Assembly (NCBI GenBank): GCA_947646415.1
Contig: CANSGN010000005.1
Span: 14,083-78,082 of the forward strand
Direction: 5' to 3'
Length of the DNA stretch: 64,000 nucleotides
Source: an uncultured Clostridia bacterium
GTDB lineage: Bacteria; Bacillota; Clostridia; Christensenellales; UBA3700
The notes beneath the pieces were generated by a model that saw only the letters and a list, made by a program, of their open reading frames with translations, made no database searches and was not told where the DNA came from. Shown here piece by piece: positions 48,642-58,394 of this stretch (position 1 is its first letter; every line of letters starts with the position of its first letter). The translations under genes and the position numbers were made by a program.

Positions 48642-50366
48642 TTATTTTTTCTTTTTTGTAGTCGGCTTGTTGCTTTTACCAAAGTTTTTATTTGAATTAA
48701 TGTTTTTTTTACTATTTGTGTTTTTATTACGTGAAGTACCTTTTGAAAAACTTTTGCCGGATTTTGAAGAATTTTTTGAACTTTTAGTTTTATCCCCTGC
48801 AACTTCTACATTGATTTTTCTGCCATTAAAACGCAAATCTTTCATTGCAAGCATGTTTTCTTCCAACCCTTTTTTTACTTCCACAAAGCTAAACTTTTCC
48901 AAAATCTTAACGTCAACAATGTCAACAGCTGAAATATTTGCCTTTGAAGTTACAAAGTTAAGTACATCTTTTTCGTTTGCACCGTCCATTTCGCCAAATG
49001 TAATAAAAAATCTGGTGGAATCGACTTTTTGCTCTTCTTTTACTTCTTTTTTCTTTTGACCTTTGCTTTCGGTCATTTGCATATAGCTGTTGCCGTCAAT
49101 TACAACTGCAAGTAAATCAAGAGGAGTATAGTTTGTATCATTTTCTTTATTAAATTTATCTAATTCTCGCAATAAAAAATCTTTTGTATTTTCTCTGTTT
49201 TTATCAACGGTTTTAAATATATTTGATAGTTTTTTACTACCAAAATCCCTACTTGCCTGCATATTATCCATTTTTGTCATATTTGTTTTTGTTATCCTTT
49301 CAAAATTTTCTATTAGGTGTTTTTGTCCTTTTGTATAAAAAGTATAAGCCACACCTGTTTTTTTGGCTCTTGCCGTTCTGCCTATCCTGTGCACGTAAAA
49401 TTCTTCGTCAATCGGAGGGTCAAAGTTAAAAATTGCATCTATATCGCTAACATCAATACCTCTTGCAACAACATCGGTTGCAACCAAAATATTGATTTCT
49501 CCCGCTCTGTAACGTTTCATAATTCTATCGCGCTGGCTTTGTTTTAAATCTCCGTGCAAACCTGCTGCTACATAACCAAATCCGCAAAGAATTTCGGTAA
49601 GCTCGTCCACACGTTTTTTTGTATTGCAAAAACAAATACACAATTTATAGTCATCTATATCCAAAATATCGGTTATAAACGGTATTTTATCTGCCTCTTT
49701 ACATTTTATTGCTATCTGTTCGATTTTCGGTTTCTCCGCGTTTGAAGTTGCTTGTATACGCACAGGGTCAACCGAATATGTATCAATCATTTCCAAAATC
49801 GGTTTAGGCATTGTAGCACTAAACATAGCAAGTTGCTTATATTTTGGACAAGCATTCAAAATCTTATCGATATCTGGCTTAAAGCCCATATCCAACATTT
49901 CGTCTGCCTCATCTAAGGTCACACATTCAATATTGTGCAATTTTATAGTGCGCCTCTCTATATGGTCAAGTGCTCTTCCCGGAGTTGCAATTATAATTTG
50001 AGGTTTTTTCCTTAAATTTGCAAGCTGTCTTTCTATATTTTGTCCGCCATATACTGCACAAACACGAACATTTTCGGTATACTTTAAAAACTTTTTAAAT
50101 TCATTTGCTATTTGAATAACAAGTTCTCTTGTAGGGCAAAGTATCAATGTTTTTACATCTTTACTATCTTTTGGCGTATTTGTTATAATTGGCAAAGCAA
50201 AAGCACAGGTCTTGCCTGTTCCTGTAGGTGCTTGTGCCACTATATCACGTCCGTCCAACATTGCGGGAATAACTTGTGACTGAATTTGTGTGGGCTCACT
50301 AAATCCCATATCAAAAACAGCCTTTTTCAGCTCTTCCGCAATTTTAAAATTATTAAAATCTGTCAT
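48642..50366 (-). CDS. cshA: DEAD-box ATP-dependent RNA helicase (CshA/DbpA-like) with Lys-rich tail
   Basis: 574 aa. AQAPTGTGKT, DEAD, SAT and HRIGRTAR motifs. A DbpA-like RNA-binding domain, then a K/N/S-rich C-terminus. Confidence 0.88.
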   Translation of the reverse strand: MTDFNNFKIAEELKKAVFDMGFSEPTQIQSQVIPAMLDGRDIVAQAPTGTGKTCAFALPIITNTPKDSKDVKTLILCPTRELVIQIANEFKKFLKYTENVRVCAVYGGQNIERQLANLRKKPQIIIATPGRALDHIERRTIKLHNIECVTLDEADEMLDMGFKPDIDKILNACPKYKQLAMFSATMPKPILEMIDTYSVDPVRIQATSNAEKPKIEQIAIKCKEADKIPFITDILDIDDYKLCICFCNTKKRVDELTEILCGFGYVAAGLHGDLKQSQRDRIMKRYRAGEINILVATDVVARGIDVSDIDAIFNFDPPIDEEFYVHRIGRTARAKKTGVAYTFYTKGQKHLIENFERITKTNMTKMDNMQASRDFGSKKLSNIFKTVDKNRENTKDFLLRELDKFNKENDTNYTPLDLLAVVIDGNSYMQMTESKGQKKKEVKEEQKVDSTRFFITFGEMDGANEKDVLNFVTSKANISAVDIVDVKILEKFSFVEVKKGLEENMLAMKDLRFNGRKINVEVAGDKTKSSKNSSKSGKSFSKGTSRNKNTNSKKNINSNKNFGKSNKPTTKKKK

Positions 50367-50379
50367 TTTTTCCTTTTTA

Positions 50380-53094
50380 TTAACTGTTTTTATCAGTTAA
50401 TTTTAAATTAAATTTCTTTGCTAAAATTTTAGCATCGTTACTGTTATACATCAAATGCATATTGTTAAGTATATTCTTTTCGGTTACGTTCGACCAATAA
50501 ATTTTTAAATGCTTTTTTGCGCGAGTAATTGCAGTATAAAAAATATTGTGCGAAATCAACTCGTTAATTTCGTCGGAAATAACGATTTTTACCGAATCAA
50601 ATTCCAAGCCTTGCGCTTTATGAATAGATATTGCATAAGCAACGCGAAACGGTATAACATTCTTTATATCCCTGTTTTCGTCGTCAATATTATTTTGTTT
50701 ACCAACACTAAAACGAATAACCGATTTGCCTTTTGTATTTGATGGCAGCAACTCTACCGAATAATTTTCTGTGTCAAATTGGTTTAATACCTTATCAACT
50801 TCAGTTGTAAATATAACAGCAGTATCAGTTTCGGAAATATCCAAAATTTTTCCTTTCAAATTATTATACAACAAGCCATCGAATCTTTTACTTTCTTTAA
50901 ATATTATCGGGTCACCGACTTTGAATTTTTCTATTCCGATTTTAACTGTTTTTCCGTTGTTATTGTCCTGTAAAAATCGATTGACATTGTTTATACCATA
51001 TAATCCGTCATAGTTCAAACACAAAATAATTTCGTCGCTATGCTGTTTATCAAATATCGTCTCCGACATAGCACTCGAAAAATTATTACTTTCCAACCTT
51101 TCATAAATGTTTTCGTCTAAATTCCTAACATCTTGCCATAATTTTTTCAATATACCATCCGTACTCCTATGTACATAAGATAATTCAAATATTGCATTTT
51201 TAGGAATATAATATCTAGCTATAGAAAACCAATTACCAAATTTAATGGATTCTATCTGATAAATATCCCCTACCAAAATCAACAATTTAAATTTAATGTT
51301 TTTTAAAATATCTACCATATCTTGATTGCTTATTGTACTGCACTCGTCAATAAACAATATATCTGTATAAATATTTTTCGATTTTGAGCAACTTTTTACA
51401 GTTTTGTAATTATCTTGATTACCGCCTATTATTCTTCTTAAATTTTCCACCGCAGCATGAGTATTTGCCAAATACAACATCGTAAAACCATTGAAAAAAG
51501 TTGAGATATGGTTTATCATAGTGGACTTACCTGTTCCTGCTGAGCCATAAATTAATGCAACGCGTGAAGTTGTAAACAAATTTTTAAGTACTTCCGATTT
51601 TTCAGGAGAATCTATAATATAAGATTTTTTGATTAACCAATCTTCCACGGACTCTTTATAGTTATTAATTCCGCCACCCGCAAAATCAATCAATTTTTTA
51701 ACTATTTCAATAGTGTTGTTTTCATATCCTTTTATATATGCATGTCCGTCCTCTAATTGCAAACAACTATCGGGGATATGTTTTTTATATAACTTGGAAT
51801 TAAAAGTTTTAATTAAATTTTCAATATCCTTAAACCTCTCCAATTCGGAAATAGGAGTATATAATTTTGCGTTTTGCTCGGTATTGGTTTTAATTCTTCG
51901 TGCTAAAAGTTCGTATTCTCTCCCTACACTATCAAAGCAATCAAACAAATCACTTAGCAAGGACGGATGTTTAATCAGATTAAAAGCAAAAGGCATTTTT
52001 TCAAAAGGTATACAGCCATATTTTAAATGCAAGTTTGACAACTCTTCATTAATATTTGTATTATATTGGTCTTTTACAATTTGGTTATTCAATCTATAAA
52101 GCAAAAACTTTAAAATATTAAAACCGCTTTTACCATAATAGCTACGGCACTTTTTTAAGCCCTCGAAAATATTTTTTGACCTTGCATCCTTAATTGCAAA
52201 ATTTTCCACATAATCAAAAAACTCTTGTTCACAATCAAGCAATTCCGTCAAATTCATGCCTGTTTGGGTCAAGTATCTCATTAAATTTTTGTACTCTACA
52301 TTGGCAGTTTGAATGTTAGTAGTAAAACCGATAAGTTTAAAATAATTGTCAAATTCGCAAGGTCTGACAGACACCATATATCCTGTAATTATGGTAATAT
52401 TCATTATTTTGTTAATAACTTGGATATTTGCCTCTTTAACTTGAAGACGAACTGAATAGTAATCAGGAATATCTAAACTTGTAAACGCAATAATCCTATC
52501 GCTTTTGGAAACATTATCATCTGCAAGAGCAAGCGTCAATTCGTAATATTTTTTGCCTTTTACAAAAATAGGTTTCTTTTTATGTATATAATACCTATCC
52601 GTCAGTTCAGTTGGCATTTTCACTATTTCAATATTGCTGACAATATCGTAAATAGCTTTATAGTATTGCTTTAATGTTTCGTCTTGCCCTAACTCGATTT
52701 CATCTAAATTTCCTAAAACGTCAAGCAAATACTCCTTTTTCAAAAACTCTTTGCAAGTATACAAATAATCGAGATACTTCCACATCAATCTTACCGATGC
52801 ATCAATATCGGCAGTTGAATGGGATGCTGAAACTTGAAGACATTTGTGAAAACGACGTAAAAAATCGAATTTATACTCACGTCTTATAAACTTCAATGCC
52901 TTTGTTCTCTCTTCCTGTTCAAAAGATGTTTCGTTTGTCTCGCTGTAAATTTTTATAGCAATAGCCTCTACAAAATTTCGAAGTTGAGAAATAATATTTT
53001 GCGACAAAAGTCCCACTCCCAAAGCTTCTTGTTTGGCAATGTTGCTGCAAATTACTTTATTAACCTTTAATATTTCTTCATCGAATTTATTCAT
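50380..53094 (-). CDS. Uncharacterised ~500-aa N-terminal region fused to a Pif1/RecD-type SF1B helicase core
   Basis: 904 aa. Walker A GSAGTGKST (aa 517-525), FIDECS (DE 583-584), LVGDIYQ, SIHKAQGLEFD, TAITRAK. I recognise no family for aa 1-500. Confidence 0.8.
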   Translation of the reverse strand: MNKFDEEILKVNKVICSNIAKQEALGVGLLSQNIISQLRNFVEAIAIKIYSETNETSFEQEERTKALKFIRREYKFDFLRRFHKCLQVSASHSTADIDASVRLMWKYLDYLYTCKEFLKKEYLLDVLGNLDEIELGQDETLKQYYKAIYDIVSNIEIVKMPTELTDRYYIHKKKPIFVKGKKYYELTLALADDNVSKSDRIIAFTSLDIPDYYSVRLQVKEANIQVINKIMNITIITGYMVSVRPCEFDNYFKLIGFTTNIQTANVEYKNLMRYLTQTGMNLTELLDCEQEFFDYVENFAIKDARSKNIFEGLKKCRSYYGKSGFNILKFLLYRLNNQIVKDQYNTNINEELSNLHLKYGCIPFEKMPFAFNLIKHPSLLSDLFDCFDSVGREYELLARRIKTNTEQNAKLYTPISELERFKDIENLIKTFNSKLYKKHIPDSCLQLEDGHAYIKGYENNTIEIVKKLIDFAGGGINNYKESVEDWLIKKSYIIDSPEKSEVLKNLFTTSRVALIYGSAGTGKSTMINHISTFFNGFTMLYLANTHAAVENLRRIIGGNQDNYKTVKSCSKSKNIYTDILFIDECSTISNQDMVDILKNIKFKLLILVGDIYQIESIKFGNWFSIARYYIPKNAIFELSYVHRSTDGILKKLWQDVRNLDENIYERLESNNFSSAMSETIFDKQHSDEIILCLNYDGLYGINNVNRFLQDNNNGKTVKIGIEKFKVGDPIIFKESKRFDGLLYNNLKGKILDISETDTAVIFTTEVDKVLNQFDTENYSVELLPSNTKGKSVIRFSVGKQNNIDDENRDIKNVIPFRVAYAISIHKAQGLEFDSVKIVISDEINELISHNIFYTAITRAKKHLKIYWSNVTEKNILNNMHLMYNSNDAKILAKKFNLKLTDKNS

Positions 53095-53190
53095 ACCTGC
53101 AATTACCTTAAATTTTACTTTTTTATTTTAAGTGTATTATTTAACTACAACTACAAAAATTTTTGACAAGCAATTTTTCGCTAATATTAA

Positions 53191-53220
53191 TTAAGAGATT
53201 GCCAATTTGCAATCTCTTAA
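53191..53220 (-). terminator. Hairpin after ppdK (12-bp perfect stem, weak U-tract)
   Basis: TTAAGAGATTGC-N6-GCAATCTCTTAA. Confidence 0.5.
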
Positions 53221-53227
53221 TAAGTTA

Positions 53228-55861
53228 TTACTTTCTTGGATTTTTGATATTAGCTTGAGCTGCTGCTAAGCGTGCGATAGGAACTCTGAATGGAGAGCAA
53301 GAAACATAATTCAAACCTACATTGTGGCAGAATTCAATAGTAGATGGGTCTCCACCATGCTCGCCGCAAATACCCAACTTGATATTTGGTCTTGTTTTTT
53401 TACCATTTTGAATAGCAAGTTCAACAAGTTTACCTACACCTGTTTGGTCAAGTTTTGCAAATGGGTCAGATTCGAAAATCTTTCTGCTGTAGTACTCTTC
53501 CAAAAATTTACCTGCATCGTCACGAGAGAAACCGAAAGTCATTTGAGTTAAATCGTTTGTACCGAATGAGAAGAATTCAGCCTCTTGAGCAATTTCGTCT
53601 GCAGTGATTGCTGCTCTTGGAATTTCTATCATAGTACCTACCATAAAGTCAATTTTAACACCATGAGATGCCATAACTTTTTCGGCAGTTTTTGTTACAA
53701 CATTTTTAACATACTTAAGCTCTTTAACATCGCCGATAAGTGGAATCATAATTTCTGGTACAATATTTCCGCCTTTCTTTGTGTTAATTTCAATAGCAGC
53801 CTCGATAACAGCTTGAGTTTGCATTTCAGCAATTTCAGGGTAAGTAATGCTCAAACGGCAACCGCGGTGACCTAACATTGGATTCATCTCATGCAACTCG
53901 TCGATTGTCTTTTTCAATTCTTCGAATTTCAATCCCATTTCGGTTGCAAGAGCTTGGATTTCACTATCCTTATGAGGTACGAACTCGTGTAGAGGTGGGT
54001 CTAAGAATCTGATAGTAACAGGTCTGTCGCCCATTGCCTCATACAAACCGATAAAGTCAGCTCTTTGCATTGGCAACAATTTGTTTAATGCTCTGCGTCT
54101 TTCGTCCTCGTTTTTAGAAACAATCATTTCACGCATTGCAGGGATTCTATCTTCAGCAAAGAACATGTGCTCTGTACGGCAAAGACCAATACCCTCTGCA
54201 CCAAACTCAACAGCTTGTTTTGCATCGTTTGGAGTATCTGCATTTGTTCTGATTTTCAAAGCTCTGCGGTGGTCAGCCCATTTCATAATTGTAGCGAACT
54301 CTCCGCTTACAGTTGCGTTTACAGTCGCAATCTTTTCGCCGTAAATGTTACCTGTGCTACCATCGATAGAAATAAAATCGTTTTGAGTATAAGTTTTTCC
54401 ACCGATAATTAATTTCTTTTCAGCCTCGTTTACTACCAACTCTTGACAACCTGCTACACAGCAAGCACCCATACCACGAGCTACAACAGCTGCGTGAGAA
54501 GTCATACCTCCGCGTGCGGTCAAAATACCTTCTGCTGCGTACATACCCTCGATATCTTCAGGAGAAGTCTCAAGTCTTACCAATACAACTTTTTCGCCTT
54601 TATTTGCTCTTTCCACTGCTTCTTCTGCAGAGAAAGCGATTTTACCGCAAGCAGCACCCGGAGATGCAGGCAAACCTTTTGCTACAGGTTTTGCTTTTTT
54701 GATAACTTTTTCGTCAAAAGTAGGATGTAACAAAGCATCTAATTGTTTTGGCTCAATCTTCAAAAGTGCCTCGTCTGTTGAAATCATACCCTCTTCAACC
54801 AAATCACAAGCAATCTTTAGTGCAGCACGAGCTGTTCTCTTTCCGTTACGAGTTTGCAACATATACAATTTTCCTCTTTCGATAGTAAACTCCATATCTT
54901 GCATATCTTTATAATGGTCTTCAAGTCTTCTTGCAATTTCAACAAATTGCTCATATACTTCTTTGTTTGTCTCGGCTAATTGGTCGATTGACATTGGAGT
55001 ACGGATACCTGCAACAACGTCCTCGCCTTGAGCATTCATAAGATATTCGCCATAAAGTTTCTTTTCGCCGGTAGAAGGGTTACGTGTAAATGCAACACCT
55101 GTACCAGATGTGTTACCCATATTACCAAATACCATTGATTGTACATTTACTGCTGTACCCCAATCACTAGGGATATCATTCATTCTTCTGTAAACAATAG
55201 CACGTGGGTTATTCCAAGACCTGAAAACTGCCTTTACAGCACCGATTAATTGGTCTTTAGGGTCTTGTGGGAAATCTATACCTTGGTCAGCCTTGAAATA
55301 AGCTTTGAATTTAGCAATCAACTCTTTCAAATCGTCTGCAGTAAGCTCTGTATCAAGGATTACGCCTTTTTCTGCTTTCAACTCGTCAATCATTTTACCG
55401 AATGCTTCCTTACCTACACCGATAACAACGTCACTGTACATTTGAATAAATCTTCTGTAGCAGTCATACGCAAAACGTGGGTCTTGTGTAAGCTCTGCCA
55501 ACCCCTCAACGCTGACATCGTTCAAACCTAGGTTAAGGATTGTATCCATCATACCAGGCATACTTGCTCTTGAGCCCGAACGAACAGATACAAGGAACGG
55601 ATTCTTTTTATCTCCAAACTTTTTACCGGCCATTTTTTCTACTTCAGCCAATTTTTGGAAAATTTCGGCAATTATATCGTCATTGATTCGCTCGCCGTCA
55701 TTATAATATTGTGTACATGCTTCAGTTGTAATAGTAAAACCTTGCGGTACAGGCATACCAAGTCTAGTCATTTCTGCCAAATTTGCACCTTTACCACCAA
55801 ACAAAGCACGGTTGTTGCCGTCTGCTTCCATAAATAAATAAACAAACTTCTTATTAGCCAT
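53228..55861 (-). CDS. ppdK: Pyruvate, phosphate dikinase
   Basis: About 877 aa. MANKKFVYLF..., phospho-His loop GGMTSHAAVVARG, C-terminal PEP/pyruvate domain. Trimmed from TTG 55873 to ATG 55861. Confidence 0.95.
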   Translation of the reverse strand: MANKKFVYLFMEADGNNRALFGGKGANLAEMTRLGMPVPQGFTITTEACTQYYNDGERINDDIIAEIFQKLAEVEKMAGKKFGDKKNPFLVSVRSGSRASMPGMMDTILNLGLNDVSVEGLAELTQDPRFAYDCYRRFIQMYSDVVIGVGKEAFGKMIDELKAEKGVILDTELTADDLKELIAKFKAYFKADQGIDFPQDPKDQLIGAVKAVFRSWNNPRAIVYRRMNDIPSDWGTAVNVQSMVFGNMGNTSGTGVAFTRNPSTGEKKLYGEYLMNAQGEDVVAGIRTPMSIDQLAETNKEVYEQFVEIARRLEDHYKDMQDMEFTIERGKLYMLQTRNGKRTARAALKIACDLVEEGMISTDEALLKIEPKQLDALLHPTFDEKVIKKAKPVAKGLPASPGAACGKIAFSAEEAVERANKGEKVVLVRLETSPEDIEGMYAAEGILTARGGMTSHAAVVARGMGACCVAGCQELVVNEAEKKLIIGGKTYTQNDFISIDGSTGNIYGEKIATVNATVSGEFATIMKWADHRRALKIRTNADTPNDAKQAVEFGAEGIGLCRTEHMFFAEDRIPAMREMIVSKNEDERRRALNKLLPMQRADFIGLYEAMGDRPVTIRFLDPPLHEFVPHKDSEIQALATEMGLKFEELKKTIDELHEMNPMLGHRGCRLSITYPEIAEMQTQAVIEAAIEINTKKGGNIVPEIMIPLIGDVKELKYVKNVVTKTAEKVMASHGVKIDFMVGTMIEIPRAAITADEIAQEAEFFSFGTNDLTQMTFGFSRDDAGKFLEEYYSRKIFESDPFAKLDQTGVGKLVELAIQNGKKTRPNIKLGICGEHGGDPSTIEFCHNVGLNYVSCSPFRVPIARLAAAQANIKNPRK

Positions 55862-55934
55862 TATGTCCTCCAAACAAATAAATCACTTATATATACTATC
55901 CTACACTATTTTACCATTTATTTCAAGTGTTTTT

Positions 55935-56681
55935 CTAATAAATATTAACTTTATTATAAAATAAAATATATTCTTCAAAAGTTTTGAACTTTTTAGCCAA
56001 ATTTTTACCTATTATATCAAAATAAATTTGTATAACGGCAATTATATCGTCCGTATCAAATGTTGCCTGAATATTTTTGTTTTCTTCAAAGCATTTAAGC
56101 AGAGTAAAACTACCCATAGATAGCTTTTTAGCAGTACTATCGTAGCAATTACCGCACAAAAGCCCGCCTTTTAAATAACTGTAGTAAAAATTATCATTAT
56201 TGATTTCTCCGCAATTAAGGCATTTTAATGGCAATTTATATCCCAATAAATTTACTACATTATTCAAATATTTTGCAATACTTATAAAATTATCTTTCGA
56301 CTTATAACATATTTCATTTAAAAATTCAAGGGTCAAAACAGCCAATTTATCTCCAATTTCTCTATCATCTGCAACTTTATCCAAAATTTCCAAACTGCAC
56401 AGTGCAGGATAGTACTTATCAATATCCGTCCATATACCATAAAAACTATCTGTCAAATCGCAACCGATAACACTGTAAAAACCATTTTTACCCGTTAAGT
56501 AGTATTTACCAAAACAAAGCAAAGCCCCGGCATACTTGAGCTTTGCTTTAGATTTTTTTACACCTTTTAACGAACAGGTAATTTTACCCTCGCCAAAGGC
56601 ATAAAGGGTAACCAACTTATCGTTATCTTTATAGTCAATGCTTTTTATACAAAGGCAATCAAGGGTTTTCTCCTTTTCCAT
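55935..56681 (-). CDS. recO: DNA repair protein RecO
   Basis: OB-fold N-terminus and a CxxC...CxxC zinc motif (CLNCG...CGNC). Trimmed to ATG 56681. Overlaps the yqzL tail. Confidence 0.82.
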   Translation of the reverse strand: MEKEKTLDCLCIKSIDYKDNDKLVTLYAFGEGKITCSLKGVKKSKAKLKYAGALLCFGKYYLTGKNGFYSVIGCDLTDSFYGIWTDIDKYYPALCSLEILDKVADDREIGDKLAVLTLEFLNEICYKSKDNFISIAKYLNNVVNLLGYKLPLKCLNCGEINNDNFYYSYLKGGLLCGNCYDSTAKKLSMGSFTLLKCFEENKNIQATFDTDDIIAVIQIYFDIIGKNLAKKFKTFEEYILFYNKVNIY

Positions 56682-56781
56682 GGTCTTTGTCATTCTCCTC
56701 ACCCAAAGCCTTGTACAACATATAAAGTCCCGGGTCGCCTGTTTTTGTAAACTGTTGCCAGATTCTTTCTTTGATATCCAT
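56659..56781 (-). CDS. yqzL: YqzL-like small protein
   Basis: A 40-aa ORF absent from the track: MDIKERIWQQFTKTGDPGLYMLYKALGEENDKDHGKGENP. SD GGAGGG. The era-yqzL-recO position is canonical. Confidence 0.65.
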   Translation of the reverse strand: MDIKERIWQQFTKTGDPGLYMLYKALGEENDKDHGKGENP

Positions 56782-56965
56782 AAGTCCCTCCGATAAAAGT
56801 ATTGACGGATATGGATAAATTAATACAAAAAAATCCAGCTTTTAAAATGCAATTTTCATACATAAAAAATTACATTTATAATCTAATCGTTATTAACAAA
56901 TTTAATAAAATAATGCCGATTTTCGCAAGGTTTTAATACTCATATCTAAAATATTATATATATTA

Positions 56966-57859
56966 TTAAATATCTTTAATATTGTATCCCAATTCATTAA
57001 GCAGTTGTTCGCTATCTCTCCAATCATCCTTAACCCTTACCCAAAGATTTAAAAACACTTTGCTGTCAAGCAACTTTTCGATATCTTGTCTTGCGGTAGT
57101 TCCTATTTTTTTGAGCATAGCACCACCCTTGCCGATAATAATAGGTTTGTGTGCTTTTTTCTCACACACGATATCTGCATCGATATCAATCAAATTATCA
57201 TCGCGTTCCTTAAACAAATTGATGTTTACGGCAACACCGTAAGGTACTTCTTCGCCCAAAAATTTCATAGCCTTTTCGCGAATAATTTCCGCAACCATAA
57301 ACCTAACCGATTTATCGGTTATCATATCTTCGGGATAAAATTGTACGCCTTCTTTCAAATTTTCTTCTATTCTTTCCTTTAAAATATCAAGTTTTTTGCC
57401 TTTCATTGCGGAAATAGGGATAATACTATCAATACCCTCGATATCTTTTAAAGTATCTATCATTCCAAGCACTTTTTCTTTGTCAGCAACATCCATTTTA
57501 TTTATTACTACAATAAAAGGTGTTGTAGCCGCAGCATATTGATTAATTAACTTTAGGTCATTTTCATCAATATTTTTTTCGCCGTTTATAACATAAATAA
57601 CGATATCCACGCCATCCAAAGCGGACTCTACATTTTTCATCATAAACTTGGAAAGCTCATTTTTGGCTTTATGTATACCAGGTGTATCGATAAATACCGC
57701 TTGATAGTTATCCCCGTTCATAATGCCTATAATTTTATCTCGCGTAGTTTGAGGACGCCAAGAAACTATAGCAACCTGCTCCCCAACCAAAGCATTTAAC
57801 AATGTAGATTTACCTACATTTGCCTTACCTATAATCGTAACAAAACCCGATTTAAACAT
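56966..57859 (-). CDS. era: GTPase Era
   Basis: GKANVGKSTLLNAL, DTPG, NKMD and a C-terminal KH domain. Confidence 0.95.
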   Translation of the reverse strand: MFKSGFVTIIGKANVGKSTLLNALVGEQVAIVSWRPQTTRDKIIGIMNGDNYQAVFIDTPGIHKAKNELSKFMMKNVESALDGVDIVIYVINGEKNIDENDLKLINQYAAATTPFIVVINKMDVADKEKVLGMIDTLKDIEGIDSIIPISAMKGKKLDILKERIEENLKEGVQFYPEDMITDKSVRFMVAEIIREKAMKFLGEEVPYGVAVNINLFKERDDNLIDIDADIVCEKKAHKPIIIGKGGAMLKKIGTTARQDIEKLLDSKVFLNLWVRVKDDWRDSEQLLNELGYNIKDI

Positions 57860-57887
57860 ATTTTATTCCTTTTATCTTTTTATTAAT

Positions 57888-58364
57888 TTAGTCTCTGAAA
57901 AACTTTGCGATTTGCAAAATTTCATCTTCTTTAGCTCTCATAACTTTTCGCATATCTTCTTCTATATGGTCATACCCTAACAAATGTAGCAAGCCATGTG
58001 TAATCAAAAATGCAAGTTCTCTTTGCTCCGAATGTCCGTATTCTACCGCTTGTTCAGCCATAATCTCACGACAAACAATAATTTCGCCTATGTACAAGGT
58101 ATTATTTTCTGGAGATAGCATATCGATATAATTTTTTTTATCAAACGGAAAAATAATATTATCTAATGCGGGATAACTAAGCACATCTGTAGGCTTGTCC
58201 ACTTGTCTTGTGGTCAAATTAAGTTGATGTATTTCCCTCATATCAACCATTGAAATTTCCACACTGACAGCATTGGTTTTTATTCCGTGCAGTTTGCAAA
58301 CAGTCCTAAACACTTTTTTTGCAACTTTTTGTTCTTCTTTGGTAAATTCGTAAAGTTCTAACAT
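57888..58364 (-). CDS. ybeY: rRNA maturation endoribonuclease YbeY
   Basis: HGLLHLLGYDH zinc motif. Confidence 0.92.
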   Translation of the reverse strand: MLELYEFTKEEQKVAKKVFRTVCKLHGIKTNAVSVEISMVDMREIHQLNLTTRQVDKPTDVLSYPALDNIIFPFDKKNYIDMLSPENNTLYIGEIIVCREIMAEQAVEYGHSEQRELAFLITHGLLHLLGYDHIEEDMRKVMRAKEDEILQIAKFFRD

Positions 58365-58394
58365 ATAACCTCTCTTAAGTGTATCGAAAAATGC

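Noticed and set aside
50380-53094. Low G+C of the 904-aa helicase gene as evidence of horizontal acquisition.
   Set aside because: I hand-counted sample 60-nt lines. They gave ~22-25% G+C here, but similar values in yqfD (~25%) and the ABC-like gene (~27%). cshA gave ~35%, and ppdK is much higher. Composition therefore falls within the native range and proves nothing. I also saw no flanking direct repeats, integrase or tRNA attachment site.
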